64,000 bases of DNA from Entomortierella parvispora E1425. Its lineage: Eukaryota > Fungi > Mortierellomycota. The stretch lies in contig BQFW01000009.1 in the NCBI GenBank assembly GCA_020891255.1, forward strand, positions 558,001 through 622,000, given 5' to 3'. Shown here piece by piece: positions 1 to 12,992 of the stretch; positions within the stretch are counted from its first letter, which is position 1, and the number at the start of each line of letters is the position of its first letter. The notes beneath the pieces are model-generated. The model had not been told where the DNA came from, ran no database searches, and saw only the letters and a list, made by a program, of their open reading frames with translations. The position numbers and the translations under genes are program-made.

Positions 1-2903
1 CGGGAGCCGTCCATACTATAAAGGTTTTCTTTGGGTGCGAAAACGGTGCAGGTGAAGAAGTACTCGAGGAGCGAACGATGAATAAATCCGTAAACGTTCT
101 TCTTGCGGACCAATTGGCTAGATTCTCGCAATAGCTTCACGTCAGACTCAGAACTGAAGAACTTGGCCTTCCATGTCCGCTTGTCCACCATGGCTGAATA
201 TTCCACTGCGTTGACTCCGTTTTGCTCTGAAAATATGTAGGATGCTAATCGCTTGGAGAAGTCGATGCCAATATGGATAAAATCGTCTTCCACTGCTTCT
301 AATGCCTCGAGCTCGGCTGGGCTCATTTTATCCTTTGACCGCTGCTCGCTCAATCGCTGCATTTCGTGCCTGAAGTGTTGTATTACAAACTCATCGTACA
401 GTTGGACGCGAGTCATTCGGATAGCCGAGAGGTCCCGACTGGAGCCCACAATCCTTGGCAAAGTGTCCAACATGAGTCTTAGCAAAAACGGGTTCGTAAC
501 GAGGTCCATTAACTGAGTCACTTTTCCAAGCTGCTCCAGGTATTGTGCGGTGGTCCAGACTTTTGGATCTCCAAAGGTCTCTTGAAGCTCGCTTGCCGCC
601 GTGTACTGATCCAGATAGTCTTTGATTTGATCCATCTTGAAGGGAACTATGACCGCTTCTTCAAAGAGCTCATTCAGTGTGGAGCGAACCTGTTGATAAG
701 AATCGTCCACTTTTGGCTCGAAATAACTGCGGTAATTTGGTCCGAGGTATTGGCTCCGACAACTGATCGTCATTTTGGCTTTCCACTGTCGAGGGCGATT
801 CAGACGGTTGTTGGTATGCAGGTTGGACATTTTACGACATTCGTCGTAGCCATCACATATCAAGATGAACTGTCGTGACCTCTTGAGTTCCTCGATTTGA
901 TCCGCGGGAAACAAGTTGTTGTCCGTGAGATGTTGTTGAATCAGGTCCTTGTCCGGTCGATCGACTGCCTTTAGGTCAATAAGAAGGGGGATCCAGCCGC
1001 CAGGTTGATATCTCATCCAAAGGTCATGCTCCAACTGCATGTTGAACATGGACTTGCCAGCTCCAGAGTCCCCAAGAATTAACATCACCTCGCCTTTGCC
1101 CTGAAGGAACTCATCGACACGTTCATGCAGTGGCACCAAGCTGTCATCCATTGCCTGCAGGCCTCGCTTTCATAAGGGCTGGATATAGACTGCTGGCTTC
1201 CTGTAACTCTCTAATCGCTCAATCCGAAGTCGATCTAGATGAAGCTCGAGATCCGGCGTATTGTTCACCTCTTTCAAAAGTGAGGATGACGTGGGTAATG
1301 GCATGCGACTGCTTAGAAGATGAGAGTAGTGAAAAGCGCCCCCTTCTCCAAGTCCTTGGATTTTGGTGTGAGCTTGCATACTGACGAGTTTGTTGCCTCC
1401 ACTGCTGATCAATTCGTCCGCCGGTAAACTTGCGATGTGGCTGAGAAGAACCAACACACCTTCTGAGAACTCGTTCTGCTTTGTTGAATAAAGGTAAGAT
1501 TGGTACATTTCCTCGAGAAAGTCGATGGCTTGACAACGTATGGTGGTATCCCAGGATGGATCAACAGCAATCTTGGACAGCAGCTGGCAGATGCCCCACT
1601 GGAACAGCGGTTCCTGAAGGCATGGCTCTTCGCATACAAACCCATTCAGGTCCGCGAAGAGACCTTCTCTTACAAGGACTTCTGCGGCGCGAATTGCCAG
1701 ATACCAGGGTCTTTTCGCACCATGCCCAAGAGCTTCCTTCAGGCTGTTAAAGATTCCTCGTCCGCCATCAAGAACATCGGGAAGTCCATCAGGAATCCCG
1801 GATATATCCAAAGAGATGACCCCTGACATCTGAAGTAGACCACGGACTATTACAGTACAGTGCCTTAAAGTATAGTGGACTGTACCTTCGTTGTCCGGTA
1901 CCTACTGTAACGCCTGGAGAGCATAGAGCGCCTGATAGTGTATGAAAACATCCTTGCTGACTTGAAGCCTAGACAGCGCTCTGCGCAGCGGCTCATGGTC
2001 AAACTCGCGGTCGAGATCCTTAACCTTGTTATCTGCCATGACGTTAAGAACCCTGGAGACAGCCGACACTAAGTGACTTGAATTTTCGTTGGACTGTTGG
2101 CTTGGATTCTCCAAACGTTGTCTAATAACTCGGAGGATCTGAATCATGTCGTCTGATTGAAGGTATCCCGAGGGCGCTACCTGGACCAACTGAATCAATC
2201 CCTGAAGCAGCTCGGTATCCAAAATGCCATTCCTGTCAAAGCTGTCCATGAAGCATCGAAGTAGTGACTGGAAATGTTTCTTGTCCAGAACTGGTCCCAA
2301 GATAACAACTTCTTGGATGCTCGCAGAATCCTTGGTAGGCTTGGAAATGAAAATATCGACCATCCTATAAGTCTGCTGGCGAAGATGAGCCACCTCGAAT
2401 GGACGACTATCCATCCTCCGAATCCACTCCCTCTGAGAATTGGTTCGCTCGCTCTTATTGGGTTCTGGAAATATGAAAGGCGTGGACGACGACGAGGAAA
2501 GTGGAGACGGCAGAGGCGACGAAAACGGGGAAGATGTCAGAGTTGGACTGGCTACGAGGCTGGCACAGAGAACAAGTTGACTGGTATCCTCGATCCGGGT
2601 ACCGATTGTTGGAAGAGGAGCCCTGTTCACAATCCTCGGGGGAAAATTCTCAAAAAAGATATCTGGGCGACGGACGCGAGGCTCGGTTTGTCTAGGCGCA
2701 GATACTGTATCAACCCCTTTAGCAGAAACAAAGCTGGCCATAGGAAGCTTGCCATGTTCAACAAAGACAGCTGCGACTCCGTCGCTCAATGATCGTTCAT
2801 GTTTGTCAGTTGGAGGACTAACAGCCTTTTTGGCCGAGCTGAATATGCGCGAAAACACGGCCTTCCTTAAGGAAGAGTCCGAATTCGGAGTTCCGTGTGT
2901 CAT
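1..2903 (-). pseudogene. Mortierellaceae-type NLR (N-terminal Arm-like domain + NACHT NTPase), truncated by the window edge; one reading frame with in-frame TAG (1902-1904) and TGA (1170-1172)
   Basis: ORFs 1902..2903 and 1170..1829 plus an unlisted open frame 1169..3 are all in one frame. P-loop GDSGAGKS at 1050-1073, Walker B ICDGYDE at ~840-860, NPFLL and FIHRSLLEYF downstream. The first stop falls in the motif ALQ*VPDNE (usually ALQYVPD). Confidence 0.85.
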
Positions 2904-3453
2904 GGCAATGGTACTAGGTTAGCAGCCAAGGACGGGTCTTATCAGTATTGTTCCTAAGCATGACGTTTAGGATGTGAACGCACAGCGTTGCTTGTCTACC
3001 TCGTCTACAGATTGTGAATACTGTTGCAGGTGGGGGCTGGCGCAGTAAGGCTCTGGACAGAGAGAACCTGTTCACCACGCGTTCGTTTGTAAGATAAAAC
3101 TATTAGAACAACAACCAAAGTAGTGCTGAAGTCGCTGACTGTTCGACACAGATACCTACATAGACTATCACAGAGAGACACGATCAAAGGAAGGAGCTCC
3201 TGAGGGAATGAAGAGAGATGCAATGGCGGTGATGAAATGCTGGTTCATGATGAGATGAGCCAGCGGCATGCAAACCAACAATTTTTTTTTCTCCTTGCGC
3301 TCTGCAGACGCTGTCGCACAAGGACCACCATGCCACCGCCCCCAAATGCACACATCTCAACTAGAATTCTGCGCGCCCCTCATTATCATAACCTCGATTT
3401 TGTTCATAGCATGTCATTGGTGTATTATTTCAATAGCGCTCTTAATATCCCGA

Positions 3454-6400
3454 TTAGTCGTCCCTTTCTTCCACCAGCTCGTCTTGTTCCGTCTCCATCT
3501 CCATCTCCATCTCGACATCCTCTTGATCCTGCTGCTGCTGCTGCTGGAAAGGTAGGTACGCCGCATCAGTCACTGTCTTGTGCTGGTCTGCAACAGGTTC
3601 ATCGCGATCTCCAAGTGCAATCCGGCTGACCCCAACAGCATTCACGTCCTCGTCCTCGTCAGAACGCCGGAGCTCCTGCACACCGCCAATAGAATCTACC
3701 AGACGACGATCACTCTCTGTGTCATCGTTATACTGATCATCGTCCTTCTCGTCCTTCAGATCGTCTTCATCATCGTCGTCGTCTTCTTCCTCTTCATCAT
3801 TCGCGATCGTGGCGGTCAAGGAAGAAATAGAGTTCATGGACGAAGAGCACCCCAAGGTCGTTGTCGTTGACAGAGGGGCACCAGTGCCCATCCTCGGTCC
3901 GTGATGGTGGCCATTTCTCAGCCCCAGGCTATGATGCTGCTGCTGCTGCTGTGGTCGGTGCTGGTGGCGATGGGCCTCAAAGGCTGCCTCTTCCTCGGCC
4001 TGGCCCTCAGCCTCGTCATCCTCAAGCTCATCCACCATTTCTTCGCTACAGTCATCACGTCGGACTCCCCTTGCCTCCTCTCTTTCATGCTTGAGAAGTG
4101 GAGCAGCCATTCCCTTGTCCTGGATTTGTTGCTGTTGACCGACCACCGTATCGACATCCGCGTCAAGTTCCATGACCTTTGGTCGTAACATGAGTCCGAA
4201 ATCCTCGGAACGGAAAGAGGCAACGACATTTGGGGGAATCAGGATCCTCCAACCCGCGGTTTCGACCCTTGTGAACATGGAATAATCCACCCCAAGCTCC
4301 TTTTGGTCCTCCAAAGTAACATAAGAGGAAGCTTGAGCCACTTTCAAGGCCTCGATCGTAGGACTGGCTGAAGCATCGTTAGAGGAACCTGTTCCAGAGG
4401 ATAGGCCCAAGCCAATGTCTTTCTTGTCCAAGTAGTCAATCCCAAAGACCTGGACCGCGGAGTTGTTGTGGCCAGGGTTTGAAGGTGCCAAGAGAGGCGT
4501 GAACGCCGTGGACACCACAGCCTTTGCAGCCGCTGCAAGTGCTGCAGCTGTTGCTTCGGCCATTGTACTGGTCATCTCTCCCTCATCCGAATGACGGCGG
4601 TCCAAACCTCCAGCTGCGGTAGCATCCGAGTCATCCGATCGTCGCTTCTTGGAGGCAGAACCTCCCTCAACCTCCATGCTATCATAGGGAGAGGCTGACC
4701 GTCGGATGGTGAAATGGGGCGAAGTGGATGAGCCTGCTGCCTGGTGAAGAGGTGTGCGCTTCAGGTTGGGCTGTGATTTAGCACGATGGACCGATTTGCT
4801 GTTGACCTGGCTATCGTTGACAGAGGCACCAGTGGTGGTAGGATACGATTGCATGTATGCCGGTTGAGTGATCTCAATCACCAACTTAGAGCTCTGTTGA
4901 AGCCGCAGGCTCACGGCATCCATCGACTCTAAGGTTTGACTTGTCGGTCTGCCGCTGTTGTTGTCATCGCCCGGAGGAAAGCAAGTGAACTTGATGGCAC
5001 TCTTGGGCAAGGCTTTGTCCAGACTTGAATCCATCATTGGGGTTGTGGCTCGATAGCCTCTCTGTGCTCCAGATTGGTAATGTTGCTGATGTTGACTATG
5101 GGTCATGTATAGGTTTTGGTGGGAGCCAACACGGTTCAATGGATGACCGATACTCTTGCGCTTGGCTCCGTGGTTTGTCCGGATGATAGGACCTAATAAA
5201 ATCATTCATTGAAAAGGTAGTGAGTTTGAGTTGGTTCTGATATTTTGGAATGGGACGCCACCAAAGCAAAAACTAGCTCATGTTCACTTACGGCCATCCG
5301 AGTCCATCTCCTGGTACTCTGGCGACATCTCTCGGTTGCTCTCTCCCCCTTGTTCAGAATCATACTGATCACGGTCGTCCCCTCTTGGAGCCTGGTAATA
5401 CAAGCTGGAAGACGATCCCTGGTGTCTTACAAGTGGTCGCGCCTGAGGCAAGGAGTGCGAGTACCGCATGGGCTCCGACTGGGGTGTCCCCAGACCAGGG
5501 TGGCCTCCGTGGCTAATCCAAGGAGAAGACACCTGGGACGAATTTGCAGACCCAGCTTGCTGATGGTGGTGGATAGGCTGTGAGTATCTCGTTGGGGGGG
5601 TCATTGGCTGTCTGGACGATTCCTCAAAAGGATCTACGGGGTCTAGAGGATGCTGCGGAGAAATATCTCCCCGGAAGGATTGCCGTCCCTGAGATCCATT
5701 ACTCTGTCCCTGAGAATGAGGGTGAGAAAGCATAGGCGAGGATGATGACGAGGGTGGTGCAGGCTGAATAGCTCGAAGCTTCTGATGTGGAGCACGGGAC
5801 GATGAGGAGCCGGGGGCAAGGAGCGTGCTCGCATTCAGCCGCTCGTACTTGTCTCGATGCATCTGTGGGTACTCGTCTGCCTCACTCGCGCGGCGATCAT
5901 ACGGGTGCGAGAGTGGCGAGGGCATTGGAGGAGGAAGACCAGAAGACGAGGAAGAAGAAATGTATCCACCATAGCCTGCATGAGGTTGACTCATACGGCG
6001 CTGAAAGTATCCCGTTGATCCTGCGGGACCCCCTTCATCGAAACGACCAGCACCCGCTAACGTGCGCAATGGAGGCGTACCTGCTCCCACGTTGTGACCA
6101 TGTGGGGCTTGATGCACAATATCTCTGCTGGGTGATGATCGGGGGGATGCCGACATGGCAGGGGATTGGGCCTCATGTCCATGTCCAAGAAGCTTTTGGG
6201 AACTAGGAATAGGAGATGACATGGTAACGGACGATGAGGACGACGCCTGCAGTGTTGAAGCATAAGACTGGGAAGACCTGCGGTCAGTTGGAGCACCAAG
6301 TTGCTGAGCAGACTCGCGCCGGTTGAGCTGCCGATGCAGTTGCCGATGTTGCTGCTGTTGCATGGCATGAGAAGAATAACCGATGCTGCCTCGGTGTTCG

Positions 6401-8155
6401 CGTTGGTACTCTTGCTGCTCGAGATACTGCTGGTGACGCTGCTGACCAATGTTTGGGTGTGAATGAGAATGATGGAGCTTTTGACGACCCGTCGAGGAAG
6501 GGGGACCTTGGGGATGAGAAGGACCAGTGGGGGTGACAGATCGGGCTGGTGGGCCATAGCCAAGTCGCTGTTGACGGTATGATCGAGAGTCTTCCCCATC
6601 CAGAGGAGGCGTTCCTGGGACTTGGAGGTGATGTCCAGCAGAAGAGTGATGCATAAGCGGCAGTTGAGAAGATGAGCCATTACGGCTGTCATGGTCCATC
6701 GAAGACGACATCATAGCATCTTCGGCAGCCAGGGACTTGCGCCTGAGCTGCTGCACGGAAGCACGGCGGCTGATCTTACCGCCGTGCAAAGAGGGGCGAC
6801 GTGTACTAGAGGACGGTGGGTGAAGAATCATCCGATCGTCACCAGTGCCCTCGAGGGCATCAAGATCGATAGCTAGCGGGTTGGAATCATCCACATCATC
6901 TTGCTTGGACGACTCCATGTCTTCGTCGTCCTGGTCAGCCTTTGCTCGGTCTAATGACTTTTCGGACCCAATCTGGGGGCTATTGATGGCCTTGACTTTG
7001 GATCCCCGACGCGACTTGACGCCAGGCGGGGGTGCCAATGCCAAGCTGTTCTCGCCGGAAGCTGACGCTGGCGAGTTCGAGTCTGGCAGAGAGTGACCAT
7101 AGACGACACCGGCGATCATGTTCCGGATCTTGGACTCGGAGTAAGACTTGTTGCAAATCAAACTCATCGACACAGGAGGCCTGCACTTGAAGCGAAGGTT
7201 GCCATCTATGTAAGAGAGTGTCAGGAAAACAAAGTGTGTAAGAGATATCTTCAACGGTTCGCAGGTTACTTCAAGGAGTGAAAGGGGGAGCAGTACCAGA
7301 CATGCCATCGCGCTGGATGGTGTTCCGGCAGAAGCATTTTGCACAGGGAATCAGATTTCGGAACTGCTTGAACAGCGCAATCGTCTCTTCCTGGAGTGCT
7401 GATCGAGGGATGGTTGCAGGCATAGTACGGAGGGAGGGTCTTCTTGAAGATGACGTCGAAGTGGCAGTTGTTGGTGTATCCATATGTGCTGTGGTGGGGC
7501 TAGAAGGCGTGTGAGCCTCAAGGTGTGGAGACGACGCGGAGGTATCGACAACTAGGTGCGTTCGCTCTGAGGCATGCTGTTGCGAATACCTGTCCTGATC
7601 ATTCTCTGTCTCTGAGGACGATCCATCGTGCTGTGGGTCTTCATCGTGTGTCATGATAATGTCTGGTGTGTTGACCGTTGGCGTAGTTGCAACACCGTGC
7701 TCCGTCTTCAATTTCAACAGCTGCTGGTGTTGTTGGGGTTGGGACGAGGGGTAGGTGTGGTTGCTACTGATGCTGTAGTTCTGGTCCTCGTGGGGTGATC
7801 CCTGTGATGGTGGTTGCTGTTGCTGTTGCTGTTGTGAGCGCATCTGTGTCTGTTCAAGCGCAGAAGAAGGGGCCATCGAAAACGGATGAACTGGAGATTC
7901 GTCGGCGTAGTCCATTCGTCCTTCGAAATCATTTGCAGCCTTCGAGGGATCAATTGTCACAGAGTGGTCGCGCGGTGCCTGTGTTCGATTGTCGATGTCC
8001 AACGGGTGGACGTCATGATCCGGCTCTGTTTTGATAGCTGAGGGGGCTGATTTGGATGGCGACTGGGCCTTTGACCCTGGCGTCGAGCTGTTGTGATTGT
8101 TGTCATTGTTGTTGTTGTTGTTAGCTAGGGTCGACTGTGACAGTGCGGACAGCAT
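3454..8155 (-). CDS. ~1503-aa mostly disordered S/Q/H/D/E-rich protein with a CxxC...C...C Zn-ribbon-like motif; exons 8155-7297, 7205-5292, 5192-3454
   Basis: Three long ORFs join in phase through GT-AG introns 7296-7206 (GTACTG..TAG) and 5291-5193 (GTAAGT..TAG). Spliced motif: CAKCFCRNTIQRDGMSDGNLRFKCRPPVSMSLICNKSYS. Confidence 0.8.
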
Positions 8156-11100
8156 GATGGCGGGATAGGTGAAGTATTTGGCAGAACGGATAATCGGGGG
8201 TTTGGGGGTCTTCTAATCGTTGATCTAGGGAGCAGTAAAGGAGGCGATGCAAAGTGTCAGTTGGGAGAGGGTCTGTTGCGGGATGAAAAGAAAGACAAAG
8301 AGAGAAAAAGAAGTAATGGGAAGGAGAGAAGAAAAATGTGAAAGAGAGGGAGGGAAGGAGTGATATAGCATAAATAGTGAAGCGCAGAAAGGGTGTAGCT
8401 ATTCAGGCGTAAGAAGGGATAGAACGCAAGAGGTGAATAGCCAAGAGAAGGTACTTCAAGGGAAGGCAACGCAACCAAGGGATCAAAAAGCGAACGAACG
8501 AGCGAAGGGCGACAGGGAGGCAGGGAGACCGGGAGGGGTGGGGGCCAGCAAGGGCCAAGAAGGGCCTTCAGGAGGATTCAAGGAGGAGGGAGGCGACGAA
8601 CAACCGATCCGGGTTTGGATTACAAAAATAAAACACGATTGAGGGGTGGACATGGTTCGTGGTCCTTTGCAACAGCAGTATGAAAAGAACATGAACATTG
8701 CATCCATATTCAATCGCAAGCGCTAATTGCAGACGCAGCGGATGTCAAAGGGTAAAGCACGGAGATGAAGTAGGACAAGGCAAGCTCAGGGCTCGGCACA
8801 GCTTTCTCATTCTTTCGCTGGTAGGTGGTTGCACCAAGGAAGTGTCGCAAAAAAAAAAAAAAAAAAAAAGAGCGTTTTTGTCTTGTACTTTCCCACAACT
8901 GTTTGTGGAATGTGTGGAGAAAGGGCAGACATGTTCTTGTTGACGGGTGCTGTTGGATGGAGTTTGTGTTGCTGTGGCATACCTGGGATATTGTAAATGA
9001 GATGGGGGCACAGACAACGCAGTGATATGTGAAATAGGGTGTCAATGAGTTTAAGCACGCACAGAGAAGGCAGGGAGTTGGAATGAAAGGAGGAAGAAAG
9101 AAAGAAGTCGATTTTGCTGAAGTGAGGCTGGAGGCGAAGAACGAACTATCAGTTGGGCTGGACTAAGGCAAAAGGGCGAGCAGGGTGCTTGTAGTGACTG
9201 GATTGCTGGTAATGACGATAATGGTGATGATGATGGGGCCGGATGTGCTCTGTGCGCCAAGAGAGAAGAGGGAGATGAAACAAATATGAGAGTGAGCGAG
9301 AGAGAGGGCGAGATCCAAGAGAAAGAAAGAGAAGCTGCTGCTGCTGCTGGGGGTTCTCAAGGGGGTTCGCAAGTGCGGAGACACAGGGACAAGGAGGAGA
9401 CAAGAAGGATGGAAGACGAAAGGGGAGGGGGGTTGATGAATGGAGAGGTATCTTGAGAAAGACAGGATCAGGGATGGAGCAAACGAAGGAGACGGTGTAG
9501 AGTGATATGGATGAATGGACGAATGAATAAATGAATGAGTGGATGTGGATGTACAGAACAAAGTCCTCCTGGAAGCGACCCCCACTTGCTGTGGGCAGGT
9601 AGGGATTGAGGGCCCAGGGCTGGATGGAGAGGATGATTACCACTGGAAACTTCTGTTTCTACTGCTCAGGTATCATGTTCATGTCAACAGGGGCAGTAAG
9701 AGGCTGTTCTCTTTTCGCCAAGTGGTCTTTCCATCCAGTGGTGACAATCAAGACGGCACAGGGCCCTCGCTTGATACCAGTTCCAAAGGGTGGTTTGCGC
9801 GATGTGGACAGGCTGCTTTGGGATCAGGTCCGCGAAATCCTTCCAAGCAGTGACCCCCATTCTCACCGAAAGGTCCTCTTCCTCTCGGTGGTGGTGGTGT
9901 TCGTGTTCCAGGAAAAGGGACGAGGGGTCGCACAAGGAGACCGATCCCAAGCAAGGGGAGGCACAGACACACAGACACACACACACAACACAAAAAAAAA
10001 TCTAGGCATTCAGCCAGAGAGCAACCTTGAAGCTCTTGGATCATTGATCATTGACCATCGACCCATCCCCTCCAATCGTTTCTAGTAGGTCCAGCTGTCT
10101 TTCTGCGACACCAGTGTCGAACTCCAGATACCGCACGTCAGCTTTGCTTCTGCAGCTCTAATTACTCTACTGCCTTCTGTCTGGAATTGACTTGGGCCCC
10201 TCATGCGTGATATACGGGTCACTGGGGGGTGGAGGGTTGCTCCTTCAAACACAAGATTCTATCCTTCTCCACCTTGTCAACGACGCCTCATTCATCCCTA
10301 TGGGCGAGGAGTCGTGACATGTAGCTTTTGGGGTAGATCTATCCCAAGACTTTATTTGCCCCGTGTCTCTCTCGCGCGGCGCCCAGCAAGGGGAGGCAGG
10401 AGGAGAGGAGGAAGAGAAAGGCAGAAGAAGACTCCCTTTCCTACCAAGAATAGTGACAATGGGAACGACAGGCAATCCATGACCCCTGGTTCCTCTGGTC
10501 GATTTTTCATGAGACTCTTTGCAGCCCCGTTCCTTTCTTTTTTTTTCCATTCATTATCTCCTTGCAATATCATGCAAAATCAAAAGGGGATGAAGGGTTT
10601 AAGCACTCAACACATGGCAAAAACAGACAAAAGGACTTGAGGGACGTACGTGTGCAAAAGCCTTGTACTGCAGGGTATGTTTGTACACCAGGGCAGGGGT
10701 CTTTTTTTTTTTTTTATTTTTTTTTTTCAAAGATGGAAGAGGCGCTTTTGACATCAGTTGGTGCTATCTTTTCTCTGCCCTTGCGGTCAGAACGACATGA
10801 GGAGTTTTGATCCGAGAATGTGTTTTGTCTTTATGCACAAACTGTGGTGTTTCCCTCCAGGAGATTCTTGTTCAAGACGGTGGCGCAAAGTCCGCATCTA
10901 TCACGCGAACACAAAACGAACTCTGACAAACGATCCAAGCACAGCGAGAGACTTCGATGGGCACTGGTGTTGTGGGCATGTGTTTTAAAGGGGTTGTCGG
11001 CTTGTGACCTGACGGGATGCTCCATGCTCTAAATGCAATCATAACATTTCACTGGATCGGTGCATTCTGCACTCCCGCACACAGCAAACACAACAAAAAC

Positions 11101-11753
11101 AACACACATTGTTCAAGGTAGATAAAGATAGAAAAGTGTGGAATGAGAAAGAGAGCAAGAGCCAGAAAAGAGAAACGAGAAGAGCACCAGGTGAAGATGA
11201 GCATCAGCACGTCCCAGAAAAACAAGGACTGGCCATGGCCTACAAACTCTCCACTCTCCAAATCCAAGAGAAAGAGTGGGAGCGAGAATGAGCGTGCGAT
11301 GGAGAGCAAGAGTGAAGAGAATGAGGACAAAGAGAAGGAAGAGACAGAAAGAGAGACAGACAGATGGCTGGTGACGGTGGTGATGACAGTGATCAGACAG
11401 ACGGAGAGGACTGAACATAAAAAAAGATCTTGCCATGCTTTGGACTTTCAAGGGGGTGCAACCAAGAAGACCAAGAGAAAGAGGACCGACGGTCCCTTTT
11501 TCCGTGCTGACCCCATGATGTGTCCAAGCGCTGGAACATCCAGAGGACAAATCAGACTCATCCTTGTATTCTCCCTCTTTCTCTCTTTCCTTTTCTTTTT
11601 CTGTTCATCTTTAGCACTCGCCCAGTACCTCCACCACGCCCGCAAACACACAAGTTCACAAGCACACACAAGCGCACATACACTCCAACGGCTTTCAGCT
11701 TCCTTCAAAATTCATTCTTCAGCAGATCAACCTGACCACAATCTATTTGTTCA

Positions 11754-12992
11754 ATGTCCGACCAAACACCCACACCCTTTAGCCAGTTCTGCTTCTTCAA
11801 GAGCCTGTCCTACTCACTCTTTGAGGACGATTGGATCAACATGGTCGAGTCCTGGCAGTCTATGGTTGCGGTGAATGCACCTATGCCTGAGTTTGCCTTC
11901 AACCTTGTCCCTTTCTTCGCCAACGCTCCTCGCTTGTTGCCAGTATTCCACCGCTACCTAGGCTTTGCCGAGAAGGTAACACACCGTTTTGCACGTTGAT
12001 CCTGCTTTGGGGGATGGATCCATCTTTCCCTCTCCGTCACTGTCCTTCACAACAGACGTTCTCAGTTGCGTGGGAACACCGTTATTGCTCCCGGGTTCGC
12101 GTGACCCGGAGCTTGTTGCGGGGCTAGGAGTCACGTGCGGCCCGTGACAACTTCCATATTGGGACGCTAATCATCACCCATGTTCAATAATAGGACCAGG
12201 ATTTTCTGGCGACCATGACGACAGTGCTCATGTCGACTCCCCTATTGATCAAGGTCCAGCACATCCTCAAGTCTACAGATCTGTTTTTTGCGTATGTCGT
12301 GGCCCTCAAACTTGACAAGCCTTCGGCTTCGCACACTGAGGTCATGCAGTCGCTTCAGACTTTCCTCTCTGGCCTTCCCGAGCCTACGAGACTAGAGATT
12401 CTCAGAGTCTTTGCAGAGGAAGAAGCCTCGGATTCTATGGGTACGAATTTATTTTACTGCAGATTGTAGGATCCATACCTTTATGCTAAAATAATGGTTT
12501 CATCTTTTATTTCATCTAGGCCTCTCCACCTCGACACTTGACACCGCGCTGCAGCTGCTTCATGCTGATACCCAGCTCTACATTGATATCCTTTCGACCT
12601 TGCAACTCAACCAGACGCAGAACATGCCCTGGGATGCCATTGTCAGCAAGATCAAGGATCTTGTTTTGGCCAATAAGCCTCACGCCTGGGCCGGTGTCGA
12701 GCAGTTCCTCCAGAGTCTTCATTGGGGGCCACAGCAGGAGTCGACTGCTTCAGCTGCGCAGGAAGAAGAGGAAGAGAATGACGACATTGTGGAAATGATC
12801 GAAGGAGTCGACTATTACCCTGACGAGGAAGATGAGCAGGAGATCGGCTCTTTCCCAGAGGGCGAGGAGTATGATCAGCACTATGCCGCGTTCCTGCAGG
12901 ATGTTCAGGATATTCAGTCCGGCCGTGAGTCTTTGGACGACTTTTCAAAGCTGAGCGTCGTTGACAGTCGCCTAATTGTCGAGTCCTGCTAA
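11754..12992 (+). CDS. ~313-aa protein with three PAH-like amphipathic helical repeats and an acidic tail; exons 11754-11975, 12194-12440, 12520-12992
   Basis: Phase-compatible GT-AG introns 11976-12193 and 12441-12519. Repeats such as FAFNLVPFFANAPRLLPVFHRYL and LYIDILSTLQ...IVSKIKDLVLANKPHAWAGVEQFL resemble Sin3-type PAH ends. The gene model is firmer than the PAH call. Confidence 0.65.

Noticed and set aside
1167-1190. Mini-intron removing the NLR TGA
   Set aside because: Only 24 nt, non-consensus donor GTCTAT, no branch site, and it would delete the conserved YIxP motif.
1830-1886. Intron between NLR ORFs 1902..2903 and 1170..1829
   Set aside because: The segment translates in frame into family-like sequence (TVHYTLRHCTVIVRGLLQ), and the TAG lies upstream of the candidate donor, so splicing would not rescue it.
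1170-1904. A-to-I editing or selenocysteine decoding of the NLR stops
   Set aside because: Editing gives Trp, whereas the first site is normally Tyr; stop-correcting editing is known from ascomycete sexual stages; no SECIS or redox motif context is visible.
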